Shown here: positions 38,233 to 52,494 of the stretch, piece after piece
How positions within the stretch are numbered: the first letter of the stretch is position 1
Layout: every line of letters starts with the position of its first letter
NCBI RefSeq assembly: GCF_006345805.1
Contig: NC_043015.1
Span: forward strand, 26,164,001 to 26,228,000
Origin: Octopus sinensis
Lineage: Eukaryota
Direction of reading: 5' to 3'
Length of the DNA: 64,000 nucleotides
Translations under genes and position numbers: made by a program
The notes under the pieces: generated by a model
What the model was told of the DNA's origin: nothing
Databases searched by the model: none
What the model saw: only the letters and a program-made list of their open reading frames with translations

Positions 38233-39426
38233 AATGTTCTGGACAAATATATAATGTGAGCATTGTGTCTTCTAAGATGCTTGAGAAATAAGTATCAAAA
38301 GTCAACAAGATACTTTTTTGCTGAAAATGTATGAATATTTTAAATATTCGATATTTCGGTCAGAGATTTATTGATGAAATTCATAAGAGAATACATTGAC
38401 AAATTTACCAAATCAAAATCGATCTCGTAGAGCAGATAGATATATGATTATGGGCATCATGGAAATCTATCGATCATACGAGGACATATACAACCGTCCA
38501 GGTGTCTTCTAAATGGTGAGTTAATGAGTTTTTTGATTGTGGAATATTGATTTATAATTAAGTCAATTAAGTTTATAATGAAAAACGAATATAAAAGATA
38601 ATATCTTTTAAATGAAATGTATAAAACAGATATTTTGAATATATTTTAAACACCTTTTCTTATTATATCACAAGCATTGCACTGAACTCCCATTCCGTTT
38701 TTGAGTTATAAGAGAACTACTGGTAAGATAGAGTGTCTTGGTTACCTCATTCTGTCGGAATCCATCCCCCTCAAAACCTGACATTAGCTATCTCTTGTTG
38801 AGGGAAAGTAGGGAATCTGTCCAAGCACAAGAATGGTACCTTATATACTGACTTGCTAAGCATAAAATGTGAAGGATTTTTTAAGGAAGACGTAGAGAAG
38901 CAGATGAAATAACGTGAGGTATTTTAATCCGTTCGCCAATTCGCAAGCTCATGCCGTATTGTTGCCCCAGTCTTTCATCTCAAAGACCATTATCTTCTGT
39001 ATATCTTATAATCCAGCAAGGGAATTTCTTTACGATCATTCAAACTTCTCGAAATAGCAGTCAGTTCTTCCTGAACACATACACTATTAACTTCTTTGAT
39101 AATGTCACACACACACAAACACACATGCACATATACGCGCACGCACACGCACACACATACTCTGGGCACTGTAGTTCAGTACATGGAGATGATCATGCTT
39201 GGAATGAATTCGATCGTAGTTATGCTTGATAGCCAATACAATGAAGATGAATGTGGGCACTTTTATGAATATTCAATGACTGGACAATATTATAACACAT
39301 TCATCACCTTTTTAAAGCTAAACATACTGAAAAAATAATTAAATTTAACTTTACTTAGGCATGAATATGAATAACTAACGTAGTTCGTTGTGATTGCTAT
39401 TTTTTCATCAATATTTGTTCGGTGCA

Positions 39427-39630
39427 GGGTGGTGAGCTAGCAAAATCGTTAGCAAGCCGGGCGAAGTACTTTTCTCTGTCTTTACGATCCGAGTTCAAAT
39501 TCCCCCGGGATCGACTTTGCCTATCATCCTTTCAGGATCAATGAAATAAGTAACAGTTGGGCACTGGAGTCGCTGTAATCAATTTCCTTCCCAGAGATCC
39601 TGGCCTTGTACCAAAATTTGGGACTAATAT
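39427..39630 (+). mobile_element. tRNA-derived SINE
   Basis: ggtggtgagctagcaaaatcgttagc (A-box-like), gagttcaaattcc (B box), gactttgcctatcatcctttc, 3' ggccttgtaccaaaatttg. Confidence 0.75.
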
Positions 39631-40223
39631 TTGTCCTGCACAAGGGATGAAGATGCGTCCTGTGGTGACGCTCGAGTGGAGAGTTCAGATGCTTGGAGGT
39701 GTGTAAGGCTATTACGTTTTAATTTCTACAGTCTCTTGTGTTGTGGCCCTTAATGTTTGTAACTATCGCAGATCCCACTAAACATGGATGAAATGGGAGA
39801 TGACTCAGAAGAGGGTTGTCTCTTTGAGTGTGTCACACATACCCTGATGTCTCGTGAACTAATCCTCCTGCCTAAGGATCAAATAATACTTGTGCCTCAA
39901 GAGTAAACTTGTAAAATGTAGGAGACCACCATAGCAAACTCTAAAGAATGGACGGAAGGAAACGGCAACCAGTAGAATGGTACATAGTGAAAGAGAAAAA
40001 GAGAGAGACAAACTTTCATCGAATATGACCCGGCAAATTGGGTATTTGTCATCAATTCAAACACCCTCAATGTTACTAATGAACAATCTTCATGGTATTT
40101 TGACGGGGTACATTTTCATCCAAGCAAGATTTTCATCGAAAAGAGAGGCAAAAAAAAAGAAAAAAGACAGGGACGGTTATGAAGGTGGATAGTAAAATAG
40201 ACAGACAGAAAGACAGACAGATG

Positions 40224-40297
<74 letters not shown>

Positions 40298-42690
40298 CAG
40301 ACAGACAGACAAACTGAGAGAGAGGGATAGAGAAAGCGGGAATAGAAAGAGAAGAAACCGAAACTTTATACAGCAACCAAGAAAAGGTCGAGGACTGCAC
40401 AGGAAAACTTAAATGGGTTTAGAAAACCTGTACAAAACGTTAACAATCTACGAAATCTCTTCTCTTTATTTAAATTATTTTCCAATTAAAGAGTTTTGTG
40501 ATTATACGGTATTGGTTTATAATTAAGTCCATTAAGTTTATAATGAAGACCATTATACTTAACGATAATTACAAGAAATAGAAAAAATCTTGTTTTTGTT
40601 GGTTTTTTTCTTCTTTTATTAATATTTTTTCATTGGCAAGTCAATAACCGACAAATTATTTCATATTTAAGTTTGTAAAAGAATTACCCCACGCACTAAT
40701 ATATATAATTAAATATGTTTTTGTTAATGTTTATGCGCAAACTTATTTATATGAGGTTTTTATTTTTCTGATGTGCTTAATATACAAATAAAAATTATTA
40801 GAAATTATAACAAAGCTACTTTATAGCAATAATACTACGTCTATGCTGTAAATCTGGATTTACTGCGTTGAAATTAATCGAGCAAGTTACCTTCAATTAT
40901 CTCGGAATTTTTATTACCACGAAGAAAAATAAAAAAAAAACTTAGAATCAAACTAATGAGTTTATAATTCATGGTTTGACCTTGTAAAAACAGAAGAGAA
41001 ATGTTTCTCAAATGACACCATATTCTCTTTTCTTCAAAAAAAAAACACACGCATTCCAAATGAATATCCGATAGTGTTGTTGAAAAGAGATGGGATGGCA
41101 ACAATTGGAAGATTATTAATCATATTGATCGGAGTTGCTTGACCTGGGGTTAAATAACAACGTAACAATCTCCTACAATCAGAGTGAAATATGAAGGTGT
41201 TAAATGAAACGAGCAAACAGAAAACAAAATCTTGAAAAAGTTGAAACTTCCTGTGTGATCAAGAAATCTCTTGGATAGAGAGATGTGAGATTCATGGAAT
41301 GATAGTTATTTCTATCGCATAGTTTAGCGCACAGACGAGTGAACTGTGATAGAGCATGAGGGTTACTATGCGATGAAGAAAGCGCATCAACGCTAAGAGG
41401 TTTTGATATTATCAGAGCAAAAACATGAATGACAAGCTTGGAAACCTCCCTTTTCGGTTTGCTGAGCATGCGTTAATGGAAACTTGAACTATTAAATAAA
41501 TTATAACAGAAGTTATGATTAAAAGGGGCGATTGCTGCCGTATGGATTTCTAGCATTATTACAAAACCACTTATTTTAAATCTACTCTCATACTTGCTTA
41601 TCATTTTATGTTACCATTCCTTGAAGGATGAAATTACGTTGGTCTCGGTAGGATTAGAACTCACAACCTAAAAAGTTACATCAGTATAATAAAATTTACA
41701 TTAATATTTATTTCGAACACAAAACCTCGTATTTGAGAAAGAAGTATTCTGTTAGAACGATCCAGTTACTTGAGGGATGCTTTATTTTAAAGACCCTGTA
41801 AGAATGAAAGGCAGAGTTAACCTGGCCATGATTCTTCGTTGTAATGTCGGTTTCAAATTTTGGCTCAAAGTCAGCAGGTTTAGGAGATTCTGCCAGCTCG
41901 CCGCCTAATTCGATGATGTAATATTACACATATATATTATAAAATACATACACATATATATACGACGGTGCTTTGCTTAACTAGAACATATAAGTGTAGA
42001 CATCATTGTTGGTCTTGCGTGTTTCATTGATAAATCTGAGAAAGAAGACAGAAGACATGTGAACGAGGACTAGTTTCCATCAACTGCTCCATGGATCTAT
42101 ATATACCACACCAACGTCTTGCCGAATACTGTGCCTCATATTCTGAAGTACAGCAGTTAATAATGATACTGTGTGAAAGCCACCGGAGCATGTCATAATC
42201 TCTCTACTGTGCTCCGTATTTCTATATCTGTTGCCGTTATTTCTGTTTTTGGTTAACAACAAACGAACTCTTGTAGAACAGTCTTATACTCATAGAGTTT
42301 ATCAATCATGAACATCAGTTACTCAGTACATCTCGTTTTATGCAGTGTGTCCTATTTTTATGATTGCACAGTGTATTCTGAAGGTAATTTGGCGGCCTTT
42401 GCGTCGCTAGAGAAACCATTAAGAAGCTTCTTCACTGGCTTTTATACCTCTTGATTTTGATTATTCTCTACAGAGTTGTCAGCGAGGAGGGTTAGGGATA
42501 GAAGACTAAATTTGTGGTATTTCGGAACATATGATCAATGAAATGCATCCTCCAACCCATTGCTTGGCGATCGGTAGGGTTTTATGCTTTAGTTATTTTC
42601 GTGTTTAAGTGATTACTTATGTGTGATTGGATTTCATGAAGGATAATAATGTGCGTAAGGTGATGTAGTTGCCAGGTGGTCCTGTGCATT

Positions 42691-43283
42691 GTTAGTTAGT
42701 TGTTAGTTAGTTAATTTGGCTCAAAAGCAAATAGCAAGGCCATGTAGGGGGACATGGAGTTAAGTACAGGGTGGTGTTCATGTAAAGAGTTCAGGCCACT
42801 TGAGGTCCAGGGAGGCTTTGAACAAAGCGGTCGTCAGCATCTTCACCATCTCGTCTGGCAGCTTGTTCCACGGATCCGCAACCCGGACGGAGAAAGCTCC
42901 TCTCCTTCGATTGAGATGAAATCGTCGCAGGTAGAGCTTTTCGGAATGACCCCGCAGCCGACGCTCCGGAGCAGGAGTGAAGAACAGCTCTTTCGAGAGG
43001 TTACACTTCCCGCTTATGATGTTGTGGGCGAGAATGAGATCACCACGGCGGCGGCGTTTTTCAAGAGAATAAAGGTCGAGCGTCCTCAGCCTTTCTTCGT
43101 AGGACAAATTTTTGAGACCATGAACCATGCGGGTAGCCAGCCTCTGGACTCTTTCGAGGTGCTGTATGTCTTTGAGGGGATAAGGAGAAGAGGCTTGAAT
43201 CCCATACTCCAATATGGGTCTCACCAGCGTGACATAGAGTGGCAGGAATATGGCTGCTGTGAGCATTCCGAATGACCGTCGAA
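42691..43283 (-). mobile_element. CR1-group LINE 3' end, 5'-truncated, (TAAC)n tail; left arm of palindrome
   Basis: ORF 42778-43299(-): LYVTLVRPILEYG..LERVQRLATRMV..LEKRRRRGDLI..LRGHS..FSVRVADPWNKLP; tail at 42691-42713. Confidence 0.92.
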
Positions 43284-43305
43284 GGGATCGCGTGCGCATT
43301 AGATT

Positions 43306-43994
43306 GCTGCTGCTAGAGAGGACCGATCAGGTAAAGGACCTGGGTATCTTGGTGGATTCCTCCTTTTCGCCTTCGGCCCAGTGCGTCCATGCTGCCAACA
43401 AAGCGCGCGGAATTCTGTTTTTGATTCGACGGTCATTCGGAATGCTCACAGCAGCCATATTCCTGCCACTCTATGTCACGCTGGTGAGACCCATATTGGA
43501 GTATGGGATTCAAGCCTCTTCTCCTTATCTCCTCAAAGACATACAGCACCTCGAAAGAGTCCAGAGGCTGGCTACCCGCATGGTTCATGGTCTCAAAAAT
43601 TTGTCCTACGAAGAAAGGCTGAGGACGCTCGACCTTTGTTCTCTTGAAAAACGCCGCCGCCGTGGTGATCTCATTCTCGCCCACAACATCATAAGCGGGA
43701 AGTGTAACCTCTCGAAAGAGCTGTTCTTCACTCCTGCTCCGGAGCGTCGGCTGCGGGGTCATTCCGAAAAGTTCTACCTGCGACGATTTCATCTCAATCG
43801 AAGGAGAGGAGCTTTCTCCGTCCGGGTTGCGGATCCGTGGAACAAGCTGCCAGACGAGATGGTGAAGATGCCGACGACCGCTTTGTTCAAAGCCTCCCTG
43901 GACCTCAAGTGGCCTGAACTCTTTACATGAACACCACCCTGTACTTAACTCCATGTCCCCCTACATGGCCTTGCTATTTGCTTTTGAGCCAAAT

Positions 43995-44029
<35 letters not shown>
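43306..44029 (+). mobile_element. CR1-group LINE 3' end, 5'-truncated, (TAAC)n tail; right arm of palindrome
   Basis: ORF to 43930: VKDLGILVDSSFS..ANKARGIL..LEYG..WNKLP; 3' UTR and (TAAC)n tail at 43995-44029. Confidence 0.92.
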
Positions 44030-45572
44030 GATAGGCAAATCAGAGTGATTTTGTAGCTTCAGTATTTTGTCTGTATGCAGACCGTGGTGAGGACAAATAT
44101 GTTGGACGCTAAACTGATATAATCCAGGATGGATCTTATATTTTGTTGGCCCATCTTTTGGTGTTCTTCTTTCGGATGTCGAGAAATGAGGCTTGTAACT
44201 AGTTTAATTTAGTTTCAGGTTTCTTCTCTGTGTTGTTAAAGATATGCATGTTTCGTGCTCTCCAATCTTGTATTTGCGAGGTTTGAGTAGTAATTCCGAC
44301 GATTTTTAAATACCTATCGAAGCTGATTCTGTGTGAAGGACTACTTGAATTCTCCTCCGTCTTATCACTCCGATTACTATATGAGCTTTTAGGGTTTGTA
44401 CCAGTTTATGACGAATAACTATGAACGTTCGCTCTCCAGATTCACCAGTTGTTCCGATAAATTTATATCGTTTTATCTTCACTTGTGTATCACTATGATA
44501 TAACTGGTTTAATATTGTTACAAGTATCTCTCCATCTTTCTTTCAATTTCATTATCTTCACTGAGGTATTACCTACGACCAAATCTTGTTTGCGTTGAAT
44601 TCGTATCCATTTGCTCGACGTTGGATTTTATGTATGTATGTATGTATGTATATCCGGCAAATATTTATCTTGAGCTTAATCAAAATACATCAGTAATATT
44701 TGTTGACTGTGATCTCGACCTCGATACTAAACTCAACTCAACCTCAAATACTTAGGTGTCCATACATTACAATTTACTCGCCGAAGCGCACGCACACACT
44801 TACTTACACACACACAAACACACATACATACATATGTTTATGTATGTGGACATATTCATATATATCATAAAACTGTTGACTGGAAGTTGCTCTACGTGTG
44901 GAAACAATGGCTACCACGAATAAATTCACCGAGTCATTTTAGCTATCGTTCAAGCCACAACAAACAAATACATAAAATCCATTGTCGAGAGAACATATTT
45001 TAGAGAAGACAAAAGAAGAAATAACAAAATTTTATTCGTTTGATCTACCGAATGTCCGCCATTTTCGATTGGTAGTTTTTTTTATGGTTTTTGTTATTTT
45101 TTTCATTGATATTTTCGATCTAGGCTTTCGGATTTCTTTTATTTTTTTTGTATAGGTTTCTGTTTTTATCCATCCTTATTTATTTATTTATTTTGACAGC
45201 ATTAAACTTTAGATTGGTGATAGGGACAAATATTTGTTAAATAACTTATGAAGAATTACGAGAGCGCTGAGTGTATGTATGTGTGCTGATATTAATGTAT
45301 CTCTTAAATAAGTTATGAAGTGTTAGTGTAGTGTTGAATTGTGGGTATCTACACATACACACACACACACATAGGTATATAGTTATATATGTGTTGTGTG
45401 AATGTATGCGTGTGTATGAATAAATGATTGAATATGTATATGTTTTATTGATTAGTCAAGAGTTTGTACCTGATTGTGTAACAAGGTAGAAATCTGTGGC
45501 ATGACACATGAGAAACATAAATTTTAGATTGGTTTCTTTAACTCTTACTCTCCCTCTCTCACTATGTGTGTG

Positions 45573-45628
<56 letters not shown>

Positions 45629-45821
45629 CATGTGCGTGTGTGTGCATGTGTCTGTGTCTGTGTGTCAAACACAGAGGCGTTGGAAGTACACCTCGACGAG
45701 ATATTTAATCAAACAGAGTGCACAACATCTCACGAGGTAGTTGGTACTATGATTTATATCTATTGGAAAGGGAAAGAAGGAATACACGTAACTTTTATAT
45801 TGTAACTTTTCCCCGTGAATT

Positions 45822-46085
45822 AGGGTTGTGTGGTTAAGAAGCTCGATTTGTAATTTTGTGATTTGAAATTCTGCTCCACTGCGCGTTACCTCGGACAGTT
45901 CTCTTCCATTATGTCATCCGATCAACAAATACCCTGTGAATGTATTTAGTAGATAGAAAATGTGGTATGCATGTCATTCTGTCTGTATTTGTTCACTCCA
46001 CCACTTATTAACCAGTGCTAGTTTATTTACGACCCAGTTCGGCAGAAGAGACCAAGAGAATAGGACATTGGGCTGAAAGATACAT
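45822..46085 (+). mobile_element. Degenerate SINE (53293/56146 family)
   Basis: ggttgtgtggttaagaagctcg...ccactgcgcgttacctcggacag...gttcggcagaagagacc. Confidence 0.55.
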
Positions 46086-46214
46086 AAGCTGACTATGATG
46101 GAGTAGTGCCAGAGCAGTGAAATCTGGAATAATCAAGTCAGGAATTTCAACTCTTTTTATTAATAACTGCACTGTTTCTTTCGAAATCTCATTACTCAAA
46201 GAAGACTTCAAACG

Positions 46215-47155
46215 TAATTAGTAGTGACTTGTGGTGTTATCAAGTACCTGCAGAATAAATGGGTTAAGACTCCAAGAAAGTTCATGCTAACAATAGTTGT
46301 TACATTATGGGATAATGCTCCAAGTTCATCAACAGTGCAAATGTGAGCAGCTGAAGAGGAAAAGAGACAGTCTTGAAGGTGACCTAGATGTCCTACAATT
46401 GCCACCACCGAGGAAAACATTGAGCATGTTCACCACGTGCTGAGAGAAGATAGGTGGTTAACTATGAATCAAATAGTCAGTGCTATTGGCCGAATCCGCG
46501 AAAGAGTTAAGAATATTCTGCCGAATGAACTTGACATAGCGAAGGTTTCTGCTGGCTGGGTACCACGTCTTCTGGCACTTGATCAAAAGTGCACCAGGTT
46601 GATCAAGTCAAGGGAAAATCTAACAGTATTTCAAACAGATCCAGCTGGGTTTCAAACCCAAGATGTGTGTTGGGTTTATCCCTTTGAACCAGAGACAACA
46701 AAGAGACAAGCCGAGCAGTGGAAATACCACTCTTTTCCTGCTTCAAAACAGAACAAGAGCCATTTCATCAGCAGGGTAGCTGACGGCCCTTGTTGTTTGG
46801 GTGAAAAAGGTTTTGTGTTTATTGACTATCGTCCAAAAGGTGACACTATCAATGGACAATACTTCTGCCAACCTGCGGAGGTAGTTACGAAAAGTTATCA
46901 AGAATAAACTGACGCAAGAGATGTCTTGGAAAACTGACGGACGGAATGTTTTGTTTCACCAGGACAATACTCCAGCACACACGTTCTTGGATTCAGCTCA
47001 ATCTGATGATCACCTGTTCCCCAACATGAAAAACTACTTAGCTTGGAGCCAGTATCGCAGTGATGATGATGTCATATCTGCCGTTGATAACTCTTTTGGC
47101 CAACAGGATAAGAGCTCCTTCACTAATGGGATCCAAGCAATGCAACACCTATGGA
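46215..47155 (+). pseudogene. Mariner (Tc1/mariner) transposase relic
   Basis: VIKYL HTH start, EDRWLT, KVSAGWVPRLL, FEPETTKRQAEQW, GDTINGQY, LFHQDNTPAH, DDHLFPNMK. Frameshifts and deletions; TIRs not recognised. Confidence 0.85.
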
Positions 47156-47364
47156 ATTTCTACTGCATCACCTCCTCCATGTTGCTGAGGTGTGTGCAGT
47201 GTTGTGTATTCTTTTTTTGCTATGGGGTCTCATTGCAGTCTTAGTGTGTTGTGTGCATAATCCCAGCTGTGTTCGGTGTGCGGTCTGTAGAGTACATATT
47301 GTGGGCGTTGGTTATTTTATTGTCCTGTGTTCGTGGATTGTTTTCTTTGAATTATATTATTGAA

Positions 47365-47900
47365 TTGATAGAGTCTCGTATAGGATGCAGATTGTTCCTA
47401 GTAGGGCTATTTTGGGGATAGTGTGTAGTGTTTAGAGTCTGCGTTTTTGTTCATACATTATTTTTTATCATACGAAGTGTTCAAGTTATAACTACTGTTG
47501 TTTTCACCTTCATGCCCCACACCTTGAATATTTTAATTTGGAGGTCTTTATACTTTGACAATTTATTCACTTCTTTTTGGGTAACATTTTGAACAGAAGG
47601 TACTGTAATGTCTATCAGTAAACAAGCGTTGCTTATTATGACTTGGTGATTCGCTTTGATTTCCATGTCAGTTTGAACGGGTATATTTCAGTTCGCCCCG
47701 TCGTTGCCATGTACCTTGTTTGGCACATGTTTATACCATTTTTGTTAGTCCTTATTTTGTAGTGTTGGCCTACTATCGAGTGAATATAACTACTTGCTAG
47801 ATTTTCTTCTCCATTTCTTTTCTAGTATGTTTTGTAGTTCTGTTTTCATGTTGCTTTTCGTCTCTTTGACCATTTTTTCTATATTGTTATCCGAGATCAA
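47365..47900 (-). mobile_element. Old R4/Dong-like LINE 3' fragment (restriction-like endonuclease region)
   Basis: EIKANHQV..CLLIDITVP..KEVNKLSKYKDLQI..VWGMK aligns to the 60908 ORF. Confidence 0.8.
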
Positions 47901-48451
47901 TGTGTCAGTGTAGTAAAAATTAATTTCCGCCGCCAAATCCGCGCCTTAAAAGGTAGAGAAAGCGACGGCCAAAGTTTTCCTAGCACGTGCAACGATGAGC
48001 AACAGGAGGAAAAAGAGGAAAAGGAACGCGGGAAAGAAGAAGAAAAGAGCAAGGAAATTCAACCAATGGACGCTGATAACGTCGCAACATCTGTGAATCC
48101 AAACCGTCACACTACCACCACTAACATTTACGCATTGAGCACCCAACAAAAACAACAACAAAAACCCAATACATTCAACAGACGAGAATTTGCTTCGATA
48201 GCAAAACCAAGCAATGAATTTATAAATGTTTCTGAAGAATCTCTCAAAGACTACACAAATATTTTAAAAAGAAAAAGCAAACGATGTGCTTCGATAGAGA
48301 CAATGTAACCCTTATATATTTTTTATGTATATCAAACCCAACTGAGACCCTTTAGTCTTGTTTTAAATAGACATGAACAATTACACGTTACGAACGTCAT
48401 AACCGTGTAATTCTAACGTCTTTTTAGCATATTTTCATTTCTTAATTTCTT

Positions 48452-48529
48452 CTACTGACGAATGCATTTTGACAACCCAGATTCTTAAAATGAATTTATT
48501 GTTTTTTTCTGTATTAAACGATCGTGTAG
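48452..48529 (+). ncRNA. Degenerate hammerhead motif
   Basis: CTA-CTGACGA-ATGCA...TGTAT-TAAA-CGATCG-TG-TAG: stems I and II and a palindromic stem III are present; G12 and H17 are mutated. Confidence 0.5.
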
Positions 48530-48636
48530 CTACATGAATAAAAATAATTTTAGTCGATATTATCATCTAATCTCCTCCATTTACAAAAAAAAACACATGA
48601 ATCTGTTGAACTTTGTTTATAACGTAAACCATATAC

Positions 48637-48677
<41 letters not shown>

Positions 48678-49318
48678 AAGATACAAGGATCAAGGTGTAG
48701 GAGGAAGGTTAACTTGAAGCAATCCGTAGTAAATATAAAAAAGCTACTTTGAAGGACAGTATTGGTTTATTGAGACAGATTGTTGTGGATTATTTTCCTA
48801 TCGAAGGACGATAAATGGAAAAAAGCTCTTTATATTTCACGGTAGTTACCAGGGTTGTCGGGTATGCGATAAAAATACAAGAGTTAAGGATTGGAGCAGA
48901 TAAGGTCCAGGTTATATATGTTTGATAGCGAGCGGAACCTTGGAAGTGGTAAATACCCAAGCAAGGTGTATACCGCACGTGAAGGATATTTTGATTAAAT
49001 GAAAGTTTATATTGTTGCAAGGTGGTAGATGTTGATGCATGAAAGATTCAATCAGAATATATATATATATACATGCACACACACACACACACACACGTAT
49101 ATATATATATATGGTCAGATAGATTGTGAAGTATTACCAGAGAAGCGCTCGACCCGAATACTGGGTTATCAGCACCGTCGAGTCCCAGGCCAAAGACTGA
49201 ATACCTCAGGTGTGGAAGTTCCAAGTTTCACGACGATTCCACCGTAAAGCGCGTTCTGCGAAGTGTAAATAATCCAAATGTTAAGAAGAGGACAAAGCAA
49301 ATTCATTAACAGATCTTT

Positions 49319-49501
49319 AATGGTCCATTACAATTGCTTCTGTACCAACTGTATTTGCAACGTCAGCGCGTGAAAGCAGACATTTGATGCAAGTCTAATG
49401 AAGTGACACTTTAATGTCTAAAACCGCAAACATTACGTAAATTTTTGCGTCAACTGCCGTTGCAAATAAAGTTGGTTCAGAAATAGCTGTAACGAACCAT
49501 T
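49319..49501. mobile_element. Penelope-like inverted pseudo-LTR relic with degenerate hammerhead
   Basis: 49319-49366 is an imperfect reverse complement of 49454-49501; plus strand CTAATGAAG...GAAATAGCTGTA. Confidence 0.5.
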
Positions 49502-49614
49502 ACTGATGTGTTATTCTTTGTCTTCTTCTTATCATTTGTTACACATACACACACATATGTATTTATATATATATATATATATCTGTTTGTGTGTAACCGT
49601 GTCTCACTATCTAC

Positions 49615-49749
<135 letters not shown>

Positions 49750-50269
49750 CATTTATATGAGTGTGAGTGTGTGTATAAATATACGCAGAGATATATATAG
49801 TTGTTTATGAATATTTATTCTACGACTATTTTGTTTGCGTGTTCGTGTATAGTGACAATTATGTGGATATGAATTTGAATGTGCAAGTACTCCAGATCAC
49901 CTTTGTCGACAGCAAAGTATCTGGCAACCTGCCCAGTGGTCTGCTGCGTACGTGTTCGAATTACAATCGAGGTATTTTATTCCATAAATACATATCTCCG
50001 TATTTATTAAATGTATAAATTAAGTCGATATATGTGTATGGATGTGTACGTGTGTTTCATCGTGCGTGTGCGCCCGCATGTGTGTGTGTTTTCATGTAAT
50101 TATGCGATATTACCGAACTCGCTTGAATGATTTAGCTTCGAACAAGAGTGTGATTAATTGGTCAATCATTGGTTAGCTACACAAACATAAAAATAATATC
50201 ATGGGCATATATATGTATGTGTGTGTGAGTGTGTGTGTGTGTGCAATATATATATATAATATTTATATA

Positions 50270-50314
<45 letters not shown>

Positions 50315-50992
50315 TATATATATCATATATATTATGTATGCATATATATGTATGTATATATACATATATATATATAATATATATATATATGAATATATAT
50401 GTTTGTGTGTATGTATGAATATATATGTATGTATATAAATATATGTAAGTATATATATCTATATATATATGTACGTACGAACCTATGTAAGTATATTACA
50501 CTGAGATGCCTCAATATTGTTTTGCACATAAATCATAAACAGGTGGTCACTGCTCGTTTACGTTATTCATGTAGGTTTAATTTTGATGGTGTCAGTAAAT
50601 TATACACACCTACTCCCCGTAGTCATCCACACCGTGTACCCCTCTCCCTCTTCATCCAGCTCATCATCATCATCATCATTATAATCATCATTGCTCTAAT
50701 CTACATCATTTCATACTGATCATTAGTTTTCTATAAGTAAACAGACAAATATAGATTGTAATTAATTACATATAGCTAAGATGGCTTCCAGATGATGGTA
50801 CCTCGCCTCCAGAATATACACATTTACACAATAGACAAAGACAAACTCACATATACACACACATATACACACATACACAAACACACACAAACATACACGC
50901 ACACACAATCACACACACACACACAATCACATACAAATACATATGTAGGTATGTATAGGTATGGTTGTGTGACATACATATATGCCTATATA

Positions 50993-51032
<40 letters not shown>

Positions 51033-51067
51033 TATATACATGTCTATATATATATATATATATATAC

Positions 51068-51253
51068 ATACTAATACGTACTAATACATACTAATACATA
51101 CTAATACATACACCAACCCCATACATACGCACGTCCACACCAATCCTACGCACTAATACTCTCTCATACACACACACACACACACACACCCTTATACATA
51201 CTAATACATACACCAACCCTATACATACACACGTCCAGACCCCTCCTACGCAC
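51068..51253 (+). repeat. 10-bp tandem repeat (atactaatac) plus a ~58-bp direct duplication
   Basis: atacatactaatacatacaccaacccYatacatacRcacgtcca...cctacgcac occurs at ~51094-51152 and ~51194-51253. Confidence 0.8.
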
Positions 51254-51379
51254 AATTAGCTGGTCCTTCAACCATATTATCAACCCTATTATCTCCCCTT
51301 ATTTCGCTCTCGCGTCTCATGTTTGATCTTTGACCTCTGGCCGAAATCAGATCGCCATGTTGATTCGTTAGCTACTGCA

Positions 51380-51562
51380 CGCATTTTTTTTCTCTCCTTC
51401 TTTCTGTGTTTTTTTCTCTCTGTGTATCTTTCTGTTGAAGAGCGTAGGCTCGAAACGTTAAAGACTTGTTTTATTTATATTTCCTGAGCGCCATACTAAT
51501 ACAATTGTTTGTTTGTTTCCCACCTGCCTTCGTCTTTTGTCTATTTTCATAAAGCTTCCCGT

Positions 51563-51565
<3 letters not shown>
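51380..51565 (+). mobile_element. Penelope-like LTR relic with a minimal hammerhead-like motif
   Basis: TTGAAGA-GC-gtag-GCTC-GAAA-CGTTA at ~51435-51460; related motif on minus at ~55008-55035. Confidence 0.5.
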
Positions 51566-51594
<29 letters not shown>

Positions 51595-51876
51595 TATGCA
51601 TATGTATATGCATGTATGTATATATGTATATATATATATGCATACATATATATGTGCATTTATAGGTACGTATGTGTATTTGTATGTACGCGTGTACGAA
51701 TAAATAATAGACTGTCATTTACTTCATAAGGTATATTTGTAATTTGTCTCACTAATTTGTTGTTCACTAAGAGTTCCTAGCACTCTGTAACATTTAATAG
51801 AAAAAGTGTATAAGATAATTGTTAAATGTATCTGAGAAGTAACGAAAGGCTAAGACTTACAAATAAAGGTACAGAG

Positions 51877-51956
<80 letters not shown>

Positions 51957-52069
51957 ATGTATGTATATATGTATGTATATATCTCTTTGTACATTAATGC
52001 GTGTGTATCTATATACAAAGTGAGAGTGTGCTTAGACATACACGCATATACGTATATATAAATGTGTGT

Positions 52070-52106
<37 letters not shown>

Positions 52107-52429
52107 TGTATGTGTGTCTATGTGTGTGTAGGCTACATGACTACCTCTTTCTTCGTGAAAATTTGATGTGTACCTCTTGATTTACAAGATAGAAAACCAT
52201 TGCCAAAAATATATAATATCAAGACTGGAAGAGTAAAGAATGGAATTGAACTGGCACAGTATTTGGCCAATTCTTCAATGAAGCGGACACCAATCTCTTT
52301 CATATTCTATCAACGATATTCTTCACTGACCACAATTCCATTAATACAATTCCAATGTTGGTAAACGTTGCTACAGATGAGAGCCTTTCTGTCTCTCCTG
52401 TGTTAAATATCCTTGTGGTGGTGATGGTG

Positions 52430-52430
52430 A

Positions 52431-52493
<63 letters not shown>
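52430..52493. repeat. (TAG)n microsatellite
   Basis: Direct reading. Confidence 0.95.

Positions 52494-52494
<1 letters not shown>

Noticed and set aside
39427-39505. tRNA gene
   Set aside because: A/B boxes are present but there is no cloverleaf, and the sequence continues into a SINE body; the same applies to the other SINE heads.
38546-40547. ~37-bp direct repeat at 38546 and 40511 as possible LTRs or TSD
   Set aside because: Short and AT-rich with no coherent element between; probably two fragments of one dispersed repeat.
42754-43954. 173-aa ORFs MELSTGW... on both strands
   Set aside because: Antisense shadows of the CR1 coding frame, duplicated by the palindrome.
44030-44630. Possible decayed retroelement flanking the CR1 palindrome (minus-strand SFLDI)
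   Set aside because: Only one short motif; too degenerate to call without a profile search.
47940-48308. Short basic/Q-rich ORFs after a small GC-rich patch
   Set aside because: No recognisable domain; may be a LINE 5' fragment but not supportable.
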